A stretch of 64,000 nucleotides of DNA from the human T2T-CHM13v2.0 reference genome, Homo sapiens. A program made the position numbers and the translations under genes. The stretch lies in assembly GCF_009914755.1 (NCBI RefSeq), contig NC_060932.1. The stretch is one strand, 5' to 3'. Under the pieces are notes generated by a model. That model was not told the DNA's origin and did no database searches. It worked only from the letters and a program-made list of their open reading frames with translations. This document shows positions 43,233 through 55,770 of this stretch, one piece after another. Within the stretch, counting starts at the first letter, position 1. Every line of letters starts with the position of its first letter.

Positions 43233-43930
43233 TTACATTTTATCCACTCTAAGATGAGCTTATCCAAGACCTCCATATTTTAGCATCTCTGAAAGCAGGA
43301 TGTGTCTTATAATTTATGGATTGTTACCATCATCATGGTGACAGAGCTGTCATTGCCTGCACGTGGGTGAACTTGGTTGTAGCTCTCGACAATATCATCA
43401 CATCTGTTGAGGCATTGTTGATACTCCACATGTTGAATTTAATTGCCACTTAAAATGAATATAGAAAGAATATATTATAATCCAATAATGAAATGAAAGT
43501 GATTTGTACATAGCAAGATGCAGAAATAGAAAAGTGGGGGCATACATGTAATAGTAATGAAGCAGATGTTAGTGATTGGAGGGATGAATACAATTCCATA
43601 TTTTCTTGCAAAGCAATTATGAAGTGCTTTACATGACCTAAGAAAGATATCCATAAATGGTTGAAGCTTTGTTACACTTTTTATTAAAATGTGGGCAAAA
43701 AGACTGCTTATCATATGCAAGGCAAGGTGATGAAAAAAGGAGAAATTGCTAATTACCTCTTAATAGATGAAAAAAATGTAACACAATGAAAATTGATATG
43801 ACCAACTCATGCGTGCATACATACTATCAGTATGGCATTGTGTCATCAGTTAGTTGGAAGTGTTTCTCCCTTCTGAGTTGACATAAAATTATTGCTTACC
43901 TTATAACTGAAGGCATCATCAATGAAATGT
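43233..43930 (+). mobile_element. Kanga1/MER104-type Tc2 DNA transposon with decayed transposase N-terminus
   Basis: CTCTAAGATG..TTTAGCATCTCTGAAA..GGATGTGTCTTATAAT left end; ACATAAAATTATTG..CTTATAACTGAAGGCATC..ATGAAAT right end; 43559-43645 translates EADVSDWRDEYNSIFSCKAIMKCFT*PKK. Confidence 0.8.
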
Positions 43931-44641
43931 ATTTTTTTGCCATCTCCATGAGTCCTAGATGCTCCCTGGGAAACTTCCCTAGAAGTTTCCCTAGAAACTT
44001 TCTGGAAAAACACCAGATATTTATTGATTGACTGTATGGGTTTGGTAATTTAAATAAAAAAGTGTCCCATTATTGTGGCTAGCAGGACTGGAGGCTGCCT
44101 CTATGAGTAAGAGAGTAAGTTAGTATTTTCCTAGTCTGCTTCATTGCAGGGGTCTTGAAAGTAACTTTTCAGTGAGGGAATGGAATAGAAGGGGTGGCTG
44201 ATGTAAGAGAAGGCTGAGGCATGGGAATAGGTTTGGCAAATAATTAGTTGCCACTCTCTCAGCATATGCTGGGAGCTGTTGTCACCCACAGGACATTCAG
44301 TGACAGTGTGGGGAAGCCTCATCATGATTATTTTTCCTTCTATCTAGATCCCACTTAAAAGCTCTTCTTTTAGCTTAATCATGTACATAAATATATGCAT
44401 TGTTTCTACTCAATACATAATTCTATGCTATTTACAAGATGACTTTTTCTTAATATATCTGTTGCATCATGGTTAGTATTAACATTTCTAAGAACACCTT
44501 TTTGATCACCCATGTTTTTAGTTTGTTTTATAAGTCTCCATCCTCTTGCTTTGTATTGAGGGAAGATTTCTTCTGCACCCTCCAGGTGTACATCCCAAGG
44601 TTTTTAAACTGTCATTGCCATCACTCAGCTTGCATGATGTT

Positions 44642-44697
44642 GATGTCACTGATATCCATAAAGCACTCATGGATGTCACTGATATCCATAAAGCACT
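44642..44697. repeat. Perfect 26-bp direct repeat, period 30
   Basis: GATGTCACTGATATCCATAAAGCACT at 44642 and 44672. Confidence 0.97.
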
Positions 44698-45254
44698 GTT
44701 ATTAAATATATATCTGTGGCTATCAATAACCCCAATTCCACAGGTGGCTGTAAAAGTATTTCCACCTTGTTTGTTTCTGATAAAATACCTATAATTTCAT
44801 GTGTCTTCTTGTCCTTACATTTGCAGGACTTATCAAAAAGTTACATATGCTCTATTCTTTATATTCTCTCTCCTCTCATGGAAATAGTAACTATTTATGT
44901 TTGAATAAAGGGGAATGTAATTATTTATTTCATATTGAATATGTATACCAGATGCCTATACCAAGCGTTTCAGCATCCTTACATACTTCCTTTTATTTAA
45001 TCCTAAAATAACTATATAAATTACATGTACATATCTTGAGCTTTGGTATTATAAATTATATTTTCAATAAGAAAACAGGCAAAAAATGCTTCCATAGTTA
45101 TAATGTGGCAGTTTATGACACTCTAGCCCACAAATCTTTTTCTTTCTCTAAACCTTTGCTAAACTTTTACAATGAAAATTATGCAGTAAATATCTGAGAT
45201 AACTGGGGAGTCCTAAAGTATTAGATTTAAGATGAGTTTCCATAGCAACAATTA

Positions 45255-45490
45255 CAGTAATAGTGGACATTCACTGAGTGCTTCTTTTGTGCCAGGTAAG
45301 CTTCTAAGCTCTTTATGAATATTTTGTGAATAGGGCAACTCAAAGATAAAAACCATAATCTTTCTTATTTTATAAACAAGGAAACTGAGGCAAAGAGACT
45401 TAAGTGATTGGCCTCAGCTTATAGAACTTGCTATTGGAGTGAGGATGCAGACCAAGGCAGTCAACCTCAGAGCCTTCGTGAATAATCATT
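45255..45490 (-). mobile_element. MIR
   Basis: CATTCACTGAGTGCTT..GTGCCAGG..GGAAACTGAGGCAAAGAGACTTAAGTGA. Confidence 0.8.
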
Positions 45491-45789
45491 CCAGAATTCT
45501 GGTTCTTCACTTCCCCACTTAAGAAGCGAAAGCCCAGAGAAGCCTTTGAGGAAGAGCTGCCAAGGATCCTCCGGAGTGTCAGTCTTAATTTTCATGCTTT
45601 CGGAAGCTGTTAGATCTTGGAACACCTCAGGATTTCTGATCAGTAACTACAGAGGCATAACAAGGCAGCTATGAGTGTAGTCTTTCATTCTTAACTTTTT
45701 TGTTCCGCTCCCTGATGACACGATGAACTGACTTCATTAACTGTCTCTGGAGCACCAGGGTGGCCTCACCTTCTGTCTTTCCAGCCTCA

Positions 45790-45903
45790 TCTGCTGGGGC
45801 TTCTTACCTCAGCCTCCACCCTAGACATGCAGAGCTGCTGCAGCTCTGCTCCTCCCCAACACACATTGTACCACACGCATCCCCACAGCTCCCACATACA
45901 GAT

Positions 45904-45948
<45 letters not shown>

Positions 45949-46330
45949 GAACTCCTTAAAGTCTAGGCTCATGTTGTCCTCATTGTCCATAATGCCCCTC
46001 AACAAGTCCCAGTCTCCCACCCCAGTTGGATTCCTCCCACTCATCCTGTCAGAATGAACTAAGGGGTTGCCTCCCCGGGAAGCTTTCCCTCACCCTCGGC
46101 CCACCTCCTCTTGCTGGGATGGATAAACCTTTTCTGTTCCTCCCACAGTGCCCTGCACATTCCTCCATCACTGGACTTATCAGGCTGCCTTTTATGAAAC
46201 ATCTCTCGGGCAGCTTCTTGAGGAGGGACAGTGGATAACTAATCATCCCTAGTGCTTACAGAGCACATGGCGCACAGCTGCCCCTTAAAAAGCATTGAAT
46301 AAATGAATGAGTGAATAAATGAGTAAATGA
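45790..46330 (+). mobile_element. L2 fragment containing (CA)n at 45908-45944
   Basis: GCAGCTTCTTGAGGAGGGAC..CCCTAGTGCTTACAGAGCACATGGC..GAATAAATGAATGAGTGAAT tail. Confidence 0.65.
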
Positions 46331-47094
46331 AAATGGGATGAAGCTGGAAAATGACCCCAAGTCACTAGCTCACCTCAGCCATGCAAGATTTTTAAAGTGG
46401 GTGATAAATGCTCAGTCTTCTATTTTGAGGAGATTTTCCTCATCTTGCTCAGCCAAGGAACTTTGGAAAAAGGCTTTACATGAAGAAAGACAAAGGTCTT
46501 GGAGCAGGTGTTGGGAGCAGTGGCTGCCCACTCAGAGGATGCGAATGTTTCCCTTCCTGTTGGCAGCAAATTGACCAAGCTGAGAAGGGCACCTAGCCCA
46601 AAATGATGCGTTTTGGGCACCTGTGGGCACCTGGAGGGCTACCTGGCAGTTTCATGTGTCTTATGGAGCAAATGCATTTCCAAGCGTACTCAAAGTGATC
46701 AAACAAGAGGAAAAATATATGTACTGATGTTTGAAGATGTGAAGTAGACTGTTCTGTACTGTAGGAAGAAAGCACATGTAACCCTCAAGCCAGCCTCCTC
46801 CCCATGCTTGGCAAAGTGTTAAAGGCATTTTTTTGTTTTCTGAGAACTTTTACAAGTAGATTGATGTTTGACTAAATCAGACTCTGGCCTGTGCTGCCAA
46901 TTTTCACAGCCTATTCACAGTGCACTGTGGAGTAATTCTAACAAAAAAGACATTGCCTATTAAAAAGTAAGGTTACCAAAAATGTTATTATATGCTGACA
47001 ATGCATTACATTTTTTAAAAACCTAATTGAATGTAATTTTCACTGCAGAAGGGAGATGTGCCCCTACTGGCCAGTGAAGGAGGAAATGGCTGTG

Positions 47095-47305
47095 AATGTG
47101 GAATCAGAAATCTGGATTGGAACCTGAGCTCAGCCTTTTACTGGCCATGGGATCTTGAACAAGTTACTCAACTGAACTGAATGTCAATTTCCTAATCAAC
47201 AAGACAGTAAAATCATGCCTACTCTGCAGGGTTATTATAAAGAGTAAAATCAGCTTGTGTCTGAGACAGGGTAGATGCTCAGTAATGTTAGTAGTATCTT
47301 TATTA
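47095..47305 (+). mobile_element. MIR
   Basis: TGGAATCAGAAATCTGG..GATCTTGAACAAGTTACTCAAC..CAGGGTTATTATAAGAGTAAA. Confidence 0.7.
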
Positions 47306-47709
47306 TTTCATGGAAATGAATAATTTTCCTGCTTTAATTGTTTGAAAAAAGATAGTGTTTACCAAAAAATGTGTTTTTTTAGTCAATAATTTCAACCACA
47401 GTTTTAATTACTGACAAAATGAAATATTAGGTTCCAATACACTTCTTAAAAATATTTTAAAAATCTTCAGTATTTAGTAAATCCCAGCAAAAGAGGCAAA
47501 ATGTGGTTGATGGGAAATCCTTGAACGGGGTAGAGGAACAACATCAAGGAAATCCAGGATGGAGTTTGGAGCAGCATGATCTCTCAGCTGTGGCCTGATT
47601 TCTGCTGGTATTTCTTGAAAAACAGGGTCAAAAAGGGAGCATATTGTAGCTAACCAGAGTAGAACTCTCTTGAATCAATGACTCCCAGATGGAAAAAAGA
47701 TCAATAAAA

Positions 47710-47789
47710 CACTCTAAATGCAAACTCTTGTTCCACTTTAGTTCTGAAGAATCAGACTTTCTAGGGGTAAGGCTAGGAAACGTGTGTGT

Positions 47790-47828
<39 letters not shown>

Positions 47829-47872
47829 AACTCTCAAGTTATTATTATGATCAGCCACTTTGAGGAACTATT
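47710..47872. mobile_element. MER5-like fragment with (TG)n at 47782-47824
   Basis: AAATGCAAACTCTTG..GAATCAGACTTTCTAGGGGTAAGGCTAGGAA..TTTTAAC..TTTGAGGAACTA. Confidence 0.6.
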
Positions 47873-48174
47873 AGAGGTAATGCTTTGAGATTTATGGGTA
47901 GTTGTTTTTAGAGGTCAATAACCATAATTCCGAAGCATGAAGTGCAGCCAAGGATAATATTTGTCTAATATGTAAAATTCTAATTATAGCTAAATTGCAA
48001 AGAATAGTCATCTATTGTGTAAGATATCAATCTTGTCTTTCATTAGTTAGCATGTGATCCTCCTTTGAATCTTAATAGACTCTTTTTAATAATATAATTT
48101 CTTTTATTTCTTTAACGTCAGTGTATTGTCTTCTTCATTAAAAGAAAATGTCTGTGAATTGAATTCCTCATGAA

Positions 48175-48920
48175 ATGGCTTCCTATGTGCCAAGTACTAT
48201 TTTAATTTCTCTAATTTTAACATTTAATCTGTACAGCAATATTATGAAGCAGACTATTACTATCTCTAAGGAAACAGATACCAAGAGGTTAATGATTTTT
48301 CCATGGTCAACATAACAAGTAACTATCAGCACCAAGATTTGAATCCAGGTAGATTAGTTGTTAAAGCTATTCACTATTATTATCACTAGAGGGAAAAATA
48401 TTCATTTGAAATGTTTTTGTTTATGTGCCAGGCAATGTGCTAGGCACTGGGAATATGACTATGACTGAAAATATTTATGCCTTCAGGTTGCTTGTAATCT
48501 TGTAGGAGAGACAGGCAATTTAGCAGGCAGCCACAGTGATATTTTAAAAGTTCAAGAATAGTGTAAGTGCTTGGATGCATGGGTGCATATAGGAAAGCAT
48601 ATAGCCAGATTGAAGGATTGATTACATGAAGGTTAAGCATAGGCCTCAGAGTCAGGCTACCTGCATTTTAATCCCATACACACAGCTAAACACATATGAC
48701 TTTAGCACCATGCGCCTCCATTCTCTACTCCAAAATGGGGTTAACATTGGTGTTCAAGTCATAAAGTTGTTATGATAATTAAATGTGATAGCTGCATAAA
48801 TTATGAGGCACACAGTGAATATTCAATATGCATGGACATACAATAGCTGTTGAATGTCATCTAAATGACATTCGAAGATCAGCTAAGAATGAGCCACAGG
48901 AACAGAAGGAATCATCCAGG
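48175..48920. mobile_element. Mosaic of MIR (-), L2 (-) and MIR (+) fragments
   Basis: AAGGAAACAGATACCAAGAGGTTAA; TATGTGCCAGGCAATGTGCTAGGCACTGGG; GGTTAAGCATAGGCCTCAGAGTCAG. Confidence 0.65.
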
Positions 48921-49455
48921 TCTGTGCAATCCGATGAAGTCTTGGGTTATTAATACTCTTTTGAAATGCCAAGAGCTTCCTTCTGTAGAAACACACATGG
49001 AAGCCAAGTTCAGAAAAAAATTTAAATTATTAGACTGCCAGTGGATCTATCATATCCTCATTTTCTAACTGATCATTAGCCAATTGTCAAAGGGAAATAA
49101 GAATGAAAAATAATTCTTTTCATATAGATTTTTATTTTATTTGTTTTACTGTTTTACTAGTCTTGCTTTTTTCCCAAGAACATTTTTATGTGAAACCTTT
49201 GCTATTGGTTGATTTAGAGAAGCAGAAAACAATGCCTTTTGTAATCCTGAAAGTCTCAAGAACATCCTTGAGGGTGCATGAGCAATCTCCCTTTCCCTCC
49301 CACCTGTCTTTTTCCCAAGGTCTATTTATTCCACAATTATATTTAGCTAAAAGTGTAAATCTGAAGCTGACTGACAAAAGTTATCAACAGTTTTAAGATC
49401 TCCCAGAAAAAGCCTTGGTCTGCATTTTTCTTGTTTAGTCATTTATTTGGGATTT

Positions 49456-49770
<315 letters not shown>

Positions 49771-50769
49771 TGGTTTGGGATTTAAAAAACCCAATATCCA
49801 CTATGGTGGTGCTGTGTGGATGAGAGAGCAAACACTATTGTTCTACTTGCCTGGGCTGTCCTGTGTGAAAAGAGAAATAAAACCTGAACATTTTAATGAC
49901 AGCATTGTGACATTACAGATGCTTATTGATGTCTAATAATGCAACCTTCTTCATACATTAAGTAGAAGTAGGTATAGCACTTATCCAGTGGATTTACATT
50001 GGTAAAAGAAAACCTGAGAAGTAGAGAGTGAGTGACATTCACAAATGAAATGTAACTGTCAAGCAACTGAAGCTCTCTAAGTATAAACTTTTGTCATCTC
50101 TAATCCCAGGCAAAGTGGGCTCCAGACAAAATGAAGTTAGGAGATTTTATGTCTTTGGTGTCCTTCTTTTTGGTCTCCTTATTTTTAAAAAATCTCAATT
50201 AAAATTGGTCCTCTTGGTTTCTGTCAAGCCATGTTTAAATTACCAGCTGATAATTATGGTAAAATTTATTGGTGGTGATGGGTGGGGGCAGAAGATTTAT
50301 TATCTACTGAGAATACTTGCATTTAGTAGAGGATCAAACCTCCTCAAGACCCTTAACAACTATGCTGTAAAAATTACAGCTTCAAAGATGACAGGGTTGA
50401 TATTCTTGAGCAAGGGTCCCCTAGCCAGCTTCCTACTCAAATTCCTACTCAATCTTCCTTAGCTGGTTTGTAAGACTGCTTGTGGCATTAGTTTTATTCA
50501 GGAAACATGGAGCTCTCTGAGAAAAAGGGCTCATGAGATTATTCCAAAGATAAACATATTGAGTAGAAAGAATAGAGTTATTTGATACATAAAGGATAAC
50601 TGTGTTCAACGTAAGTTTATTGTACAAGTAATATTCACAGAACACACAAAAATCCCTGTCCTCAAGTAGCTCACATTCTAGTAATACAATGAACGGTTGG
50701 GCAGGATAATTCTTTGTGGAAAAGCACAAAGAATCTGTTGAATTTTTATTTAAATTTTATCTTTTCTAG

Positions 50770-50950
50770 AGAAATAGACATGTACACATATAAACATGTA
50801 CAAGTTGTCATTGCAGCATAATTTCTATGGTAAAAAATTGGAAGCAATCTAAATGTTCACCCAAGAGGGAATAGTAATATAGTGGGTATCATACGAAAAT
50901 GAAATTAATAGCATTCTTTATTTTTCTGTAAATCAACATAGAGATTATAT
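50770..50950 (+). mobile_element. Old L1 (L1ME-like) fragment
   Basis: CATTGCAGCATAATT..AAAAAATTGGAAGCAATCTAAATGTTCA. Confidence 0.6.
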
Positions 50951-51149
50951 GTTGAGCTCCAATGTGGACTGATGGTAGAAAACTTAATCTGGTCACTTCC
51001 AGATATCAATTCAGGACTTTCTCTTACCTTAGCTGTCATGTATATTCACAGGTGCTGAAGGGCCATCACGTTCGGGAATGGTCTCCACTTGGTGTCTGCC
51101 CACGCAGACAGGGGTATCATACCATTCTCAGGAATGGTCACTGAATATA

Positions 51150-51297
51150 TAGGCTTCTCAGAGCCAGAACCACCCAGCCCAGCCCTTCTTGAATTCTTGA
51201 TTAACAGAAACTGTGAGAGGTAATAAAATAATTACTTTTGTTTTGAACCATTAAAATTTTATGGTAATTTGTTATGCAGTAATAGATCATTGCAACA
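51150..51297 (+). mobile_element. MaLR LTR 3' end (MLT1E/F/G-like)
   Basis: AGCCAGAACCACCCAGC..ACAGAAACTGTGAGA..TAATTTGTTATGCAGTAATAGAT..AACA. Confidence 0.75.
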
Positions 51298-51941
51298 GCC
51301 CTCCTTCCATCAATTTTGTAGCACCTGGTCAAAGTTTTCTCTTCCTCAAGACCTACATGGACGTCTGACTGTTGCTCTATCTCCATTCCCAGGACTGGTA
51401 TTATCTACTATGCTGGTGGGGGAAGGGATGGAAGTGGGGTAGTTGTTCTGAATCTTCAGCTATTCTCTTTTCAAGCTATTGTTTGTGGCTTTTTTCCCTT
51501 TTACTCAGCTCTGCCCAAATTTTACTTCTGAGTCTTAAAACTCAAAACAAAACCGAAAACCCCATATTTGTAATCAAAAATTTTAAAAAAGGTTTTCAAG
51601 ACTATGGTTTTTGTCATGATTTTTAAAAGTTTGCTTAGAAACGTAAGAACTAGACTTGCTGTTTGGTTCATTTGAGTGTGCTAGCTCTCCTCCAAGGTGA
51701 TGAATGCCGCTAACTGGAGTCAAGGGCCAGGAAATAAATGTGTGTATGGGGAAGAAACCTTAATATCTTAATACTTATTAAAAAACAAAACTACGGTTTT
51801 CAACTATGAGGACAACACTAGTTTGTGAAACAGTCAAGGGATTTACTTTATCTGTATAGTTTAAATTATTTTAAATTTTTTTTTAGAGTGTGTGAATATT
51901 AATTTTGTAATTAAAATTTTTAAAATTATAATAAATTTAGC

Positions 51942-52242
51942 TTTTTTTTTTTTTTTTTTGGAGACAGAGTCTTGCTCTGTTTCTCACGCTGGAGTGCAGT
52001 GGCACAATGTCGGCTCACTGCAACCTCCGCCTCCTGGGTTCAAGAGATTCTCCTGCCTCAGCCTCCGTGAGTAGCTGGGACTACAGGCACATGCCACATG
52101 CCAAGCTAATTTTTGTATTTTTAGTAGAGACGGGGTTTCACCATATTGACCAGGCTGGTCTTGAACTCCTGACCTCAAGTGATTTGCCCACCTCAGCCTC
52201 CCAGAGTGTTGGGATTACAGGTGTGAGCCACCACACCCGGTT
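51942..52242 (-). mobile_element. Alu (AluSx/Sz-like)
   Basis: Full dimer with poly-T head. Confidence 0.95.
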
Positions 52243-52589
52243 AATAAAATGTTTTAAGAGAACTAAACAATTATTCTGCCATCAGCATTAATAAATGTAC
52301 TTACATACTCAAAAACATTCAGATATAATTTGTGGAGAAATACAACATAAATTAAAATTCAAATCAATTTTTGAAAAAATTTTAACTCTTCTACTTGTAA
52401 GTTTTTCAAATAATAATATAAGAAAAAAGTTACTCATATGTCTCAAATGTCATGTCCCTTATATATTGTTAAAGTTTGTAAATATAATTTATGTTGCATA
52501 ACAAGAATAGTCATTTTTCTCATGAAATGTGATGTAGACACTAACCTGGATCTTTCAGAATTATTGTAATTGCTCATAAAATGGACCAT

Positions 52590-53285
52590 ATCATTTATTC
52601 ATTAACTAAGTCAATATATATTCAATATGTAGCTACTATGTGCCAGGAAGATAAGTTAGGCATGTTTTAGAATGGAGATGATCCTAGCCTTCTGGAATTT
52701 ACGGTCTAGTGGAAGAGACAGTAATTACTTAAAATTACACAAATAAACATATAATTACAAATTTAATAAGTTCTCTAGAGCTGTGGTTTTTACTCCCAAG
52801 CAGGAGTAATTTTGCCCCCTCCCCCTCAGAAGACTTTTGGCAATGTCTGGCAACATTTTTGGTTGTCATAAATTAACCACTAAAGATAAAGGGCACATTT
52901 GTTTTGCCCTGTTTTCTTTGCTTGCCAACATACACAGAAGTAAAGACTTCAAGTAGGGAACACTCTGCATTCGCTTCTGTAATGAGAAGGTCAGAATCGG
53001 GATATCTGGAGAGCACCAACTTGAGGAATGAATGACCAGGATAAGGGGTGGGGTGGTGCTACCAACATCTAGTGGGTAGAGTCCAAGGATGCTGCAAAAC
53101 ATCTTAAAATGCATAGTGCAGCCCTGCATGACAAAGAATCATCCAGCCCAAAATGTCAACAGTGTCAAGGTTGAGAAACTCTGCTGTAAAGGGAAAATAT
53201 GTAGTATTTAGAGAGCATATATTGGTGGGGAGATTGGGAATTAGGTAAAGCCTCTCTAATGTCTAGCATTGACATTCACAGAGAG
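52590..53285 (-). mobile_element. L2 interrupted by MER20
   Basis: CTACTATGTGCCAGG..GGAATTTACGGTCTAGTGGAAGAGACAG..AATAAGTTCTCTAGAG | resumes CTGTAAAGGGAAAATA. Confidence 0.65.
52781..53183 (+). mobile_element. MER20 (hAT-Charlie) carrying a ~170-bp insert
   Basis: TTTGGCAATGTCTGG..ATTTTTGGTTGTCA | GGGG..TGCTAC..CATCTAGTGGGTAGAG..CCCAAAATGTCAACAGTGTCAAGGTTGAGAAACTCTG; TSD CTCTAGAG / CTGTAAAG. Confidence 0.92.
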
Positions 53286-53455
53286 GCAAATCAATCACTA
53301 AAGACAAAGGGCACATTTGTTTTGTCCTAGTTTCTTTCCTTGCCAACATACACAGAATAAAAAAACTTTGAATAGGAAAGACTCTGCATTCCTTTCTCTA
53401 ATGAGGAGGTCAGAAAATGATGGGATATTTGGGAAACAACAACTTGAAGAATGAA
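52870..53455 (+). repeat. Dispersed direct repeat, ~163 bp x2 (52870-53032 and 53288-53455)
   Basis: Both copies contain AAAGGGCACATTTGTTTTG..CTTGCCAACATACACAGAA..ACTCTGCATTC..CAACTTGA.GAATGAA; ~83% identity by hand alignment. Confidence 0.95.
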
Positions 53456-53754
53456 AGTAGAGACTGGAACTAGATACCATCTCAGTAATGCATCAGCATT
53501 GTAGCATGAGGGCTATGATGATCAGAAACTAGATTTTGTTCCTTGTTTGTTATTTCAGTTATGCCCATTTTTTTTTCATGATGCAAAGCAACAAACAAAC
53601 AAACCTCCCAAAAACAAAAACCAAAAACTCTGACAAACTTGAAGGGCCTATGTGACTGTCTTTGAAAGTGACATGGCAGAGGAGAAAGACGGAGCTCCAC
53701 TCTGCAGCCAGCCATGGGGAAGAGAAGGACAAGGTGCTGCAGCTCTAGAAATGC

Positions 53755-53945
53755 TGCGGCAGCTGACCAATGTCAGAAATTTGTGGAAAAGGAGAGCCTC
53801 GGAAGTGACTCATGTTAACAGCATAAAGATCCACCTAGGGTTTGCCAGTGGTAAGCAGTGAGCCTGACGCAATTATCGGCTATGCCTATCAGCCTATTTT
53901 TCTGGCTGGTTTGGTGTGATTACAGTGGTTAATGATTAATGGGCT
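53755..53945. promoter_or_regulatory. Candidate enhancer motif cluster
   Basis: CGGAAGTGACTCA (ETS+AP-1) 53800-53812; TGACGCAAT 53865-53873; GGTTAATGATTAAT (HNF1-like) 53927-53940. Confidence 0.4.
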
Positions 53946-55251
53946 CACCAGCTCCCTTAGGTAAAAAGTTTCTGGTTCTTTCCCAGAAGTTTCCATTAAC
54001 ACAGGAGGAGAAATACAGTGGAATATATCCAGAAGAACCTTCCTAACAGGAGCATATGGATAAATCTATCCAGAAACTGCAAGGTCATCACCAACCCAGA
54101 AAGGCATGACATGAAATGACAAATGGTACAATGCTATGTGTGTCCCTATCTAGTCAAAATTAAGGCCAGTGGGATATTGCAGTTCTTCCCTCATTCCTGC
54201 CTGGAAGGCTCTGCTGCAACCTATCTTACAAAAAGGACACTGTAGTTTTTCCCCACTGTAGCTCCCACTTCTGTATACATATTGCTCATCACCTCTCAAG
54301 CCCTTTCTGCATGGGCTCCAAACCAAAGATATTAACACCTCTGACAAATGGGAAATAGATTAACTCAGTACACAATCAAATGGTTGAGACTTTTTCATAG
54401 CAAGGGAAACTTTTCTACTTGAGCTCATGTTGTGAGTTTTTCATAAAAAGTATCTTGGGCCACATTTGAGTTAAAAGTGGTTACCATAGTATTTTCTTTT
54501 TAATTTAACTTTCAAAAATGTATAGTGTAGGATTGTTTCATATTACAAAAATTGTGTAAGACCTATAGAAAATCCAGAAATAACACAAGGAAGAAAATAA
54601 AATTCCTTTAATTCCAACATCAAGCAGTCACTTTTGTTACTATGTTAAATTACATCCTATTCCTATCTTGTCCCTATCCCTGCCTGGGGATATATTAACA
54701 TACATTTTTAAATGAAGCAAAATAGATATAAAGAGTTTATGTTTCAAAAATATGTGAAATATTTCATTTTTGAAAGTTATAGATGATCCTGACATACTTC
54801 TTAATGCCCTAACACATAAGTCAGCAAAGAATCTTGAGAACTGACTGAGAATAAAAAGAAGGAAAAATGTCAGCCATATGACTTCAAAGGCTCTTACCAA
54901 TGGTTAAAACCATTTTCTGTGTGAAAAATTCAGGGCCTAGAGTTTTTAATATTTAATATTTCCATAAATTGACTATTATAGTGGAGAATTCTGTTCCTTT
55001 TCCAGAAAGAATGATTTCTTAATTAACCCCAGCTTTGCAGCTAAATACCTAGTGCTTATTTGCAATAAATGAATCATTTAATAAGACCACATACACATAA
55101 TTCAATTATACTTATTTTCTGCAGAGAAAAATCAGTGAAAAACGTATTTGTGTTAATCCATAACCAATGATTTGTACTTGAAATTTGTTCTGAGTCTAGA
55201 AATGTTAGTAAATAGCATTCTATTTCTAAATTATTTCATTCTTGAGATGGA

Positions 55252-55770
55252 TGTTTTAGATGCCTGGTGCCCAGATTTATCCTCAAGGCCACTATCTCGG
55301 ATTTTGTTTTAGACAGGTCTATGTGGTCTTCAATTCACATCATTCTGGCAGAGAGACTATATGTGTGCTGCCTGTTTTTGCTTTCTGACCTGGAGTTCTG
55401 CAGATCCCAGGAGCTGGCAGGATCTTGCTTGGTTGTTGCATATGTGCAGCTTAGAACCTTGGGGGAAGTTAATACCCCTGAGGGCTACTCTTAGCCAATG
55501 AGGCCAGAAGCTGATGGAAAGTTCTCCATTTTCTGTCCCTCAGGTAGGAATTCTGGGAGGCATCCAGGACACTTTTTATGAGGTCCTTACAAAATTAAGC
55601 CCCAATGTCATAGCATTGGCATTCCTTAACACATACTTCTGTTGACTATTTCTCCTTCCCTGGCTCAAAATCCTCCCCACTCCTGCTCCCTGGGATCACC
55701 TCCCAAGTAAATTACCTGCACACAAATCCTTTATCAGATTCTGTTTTGAGGAGAACCCAACTAAGATAAC
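55252..55770 (+). mobile_element. ERVL solo LTR (LTR16-like)
   Basis: GGGGAAGTTAATACCCC..TAGCCAATGA; 3' end CCCTGGGATCACCTCCCAAGTAAATTACCTGCAC..GAGAACCCAACTAAGA. Confidence 0.8.

Noticed and set aside
50091-50462. 123-aa plus-strand ORF
   Set aside because: TTG start, low-complexity hydrophobic composition typical of AT-rich DNA, no recognisable homology.
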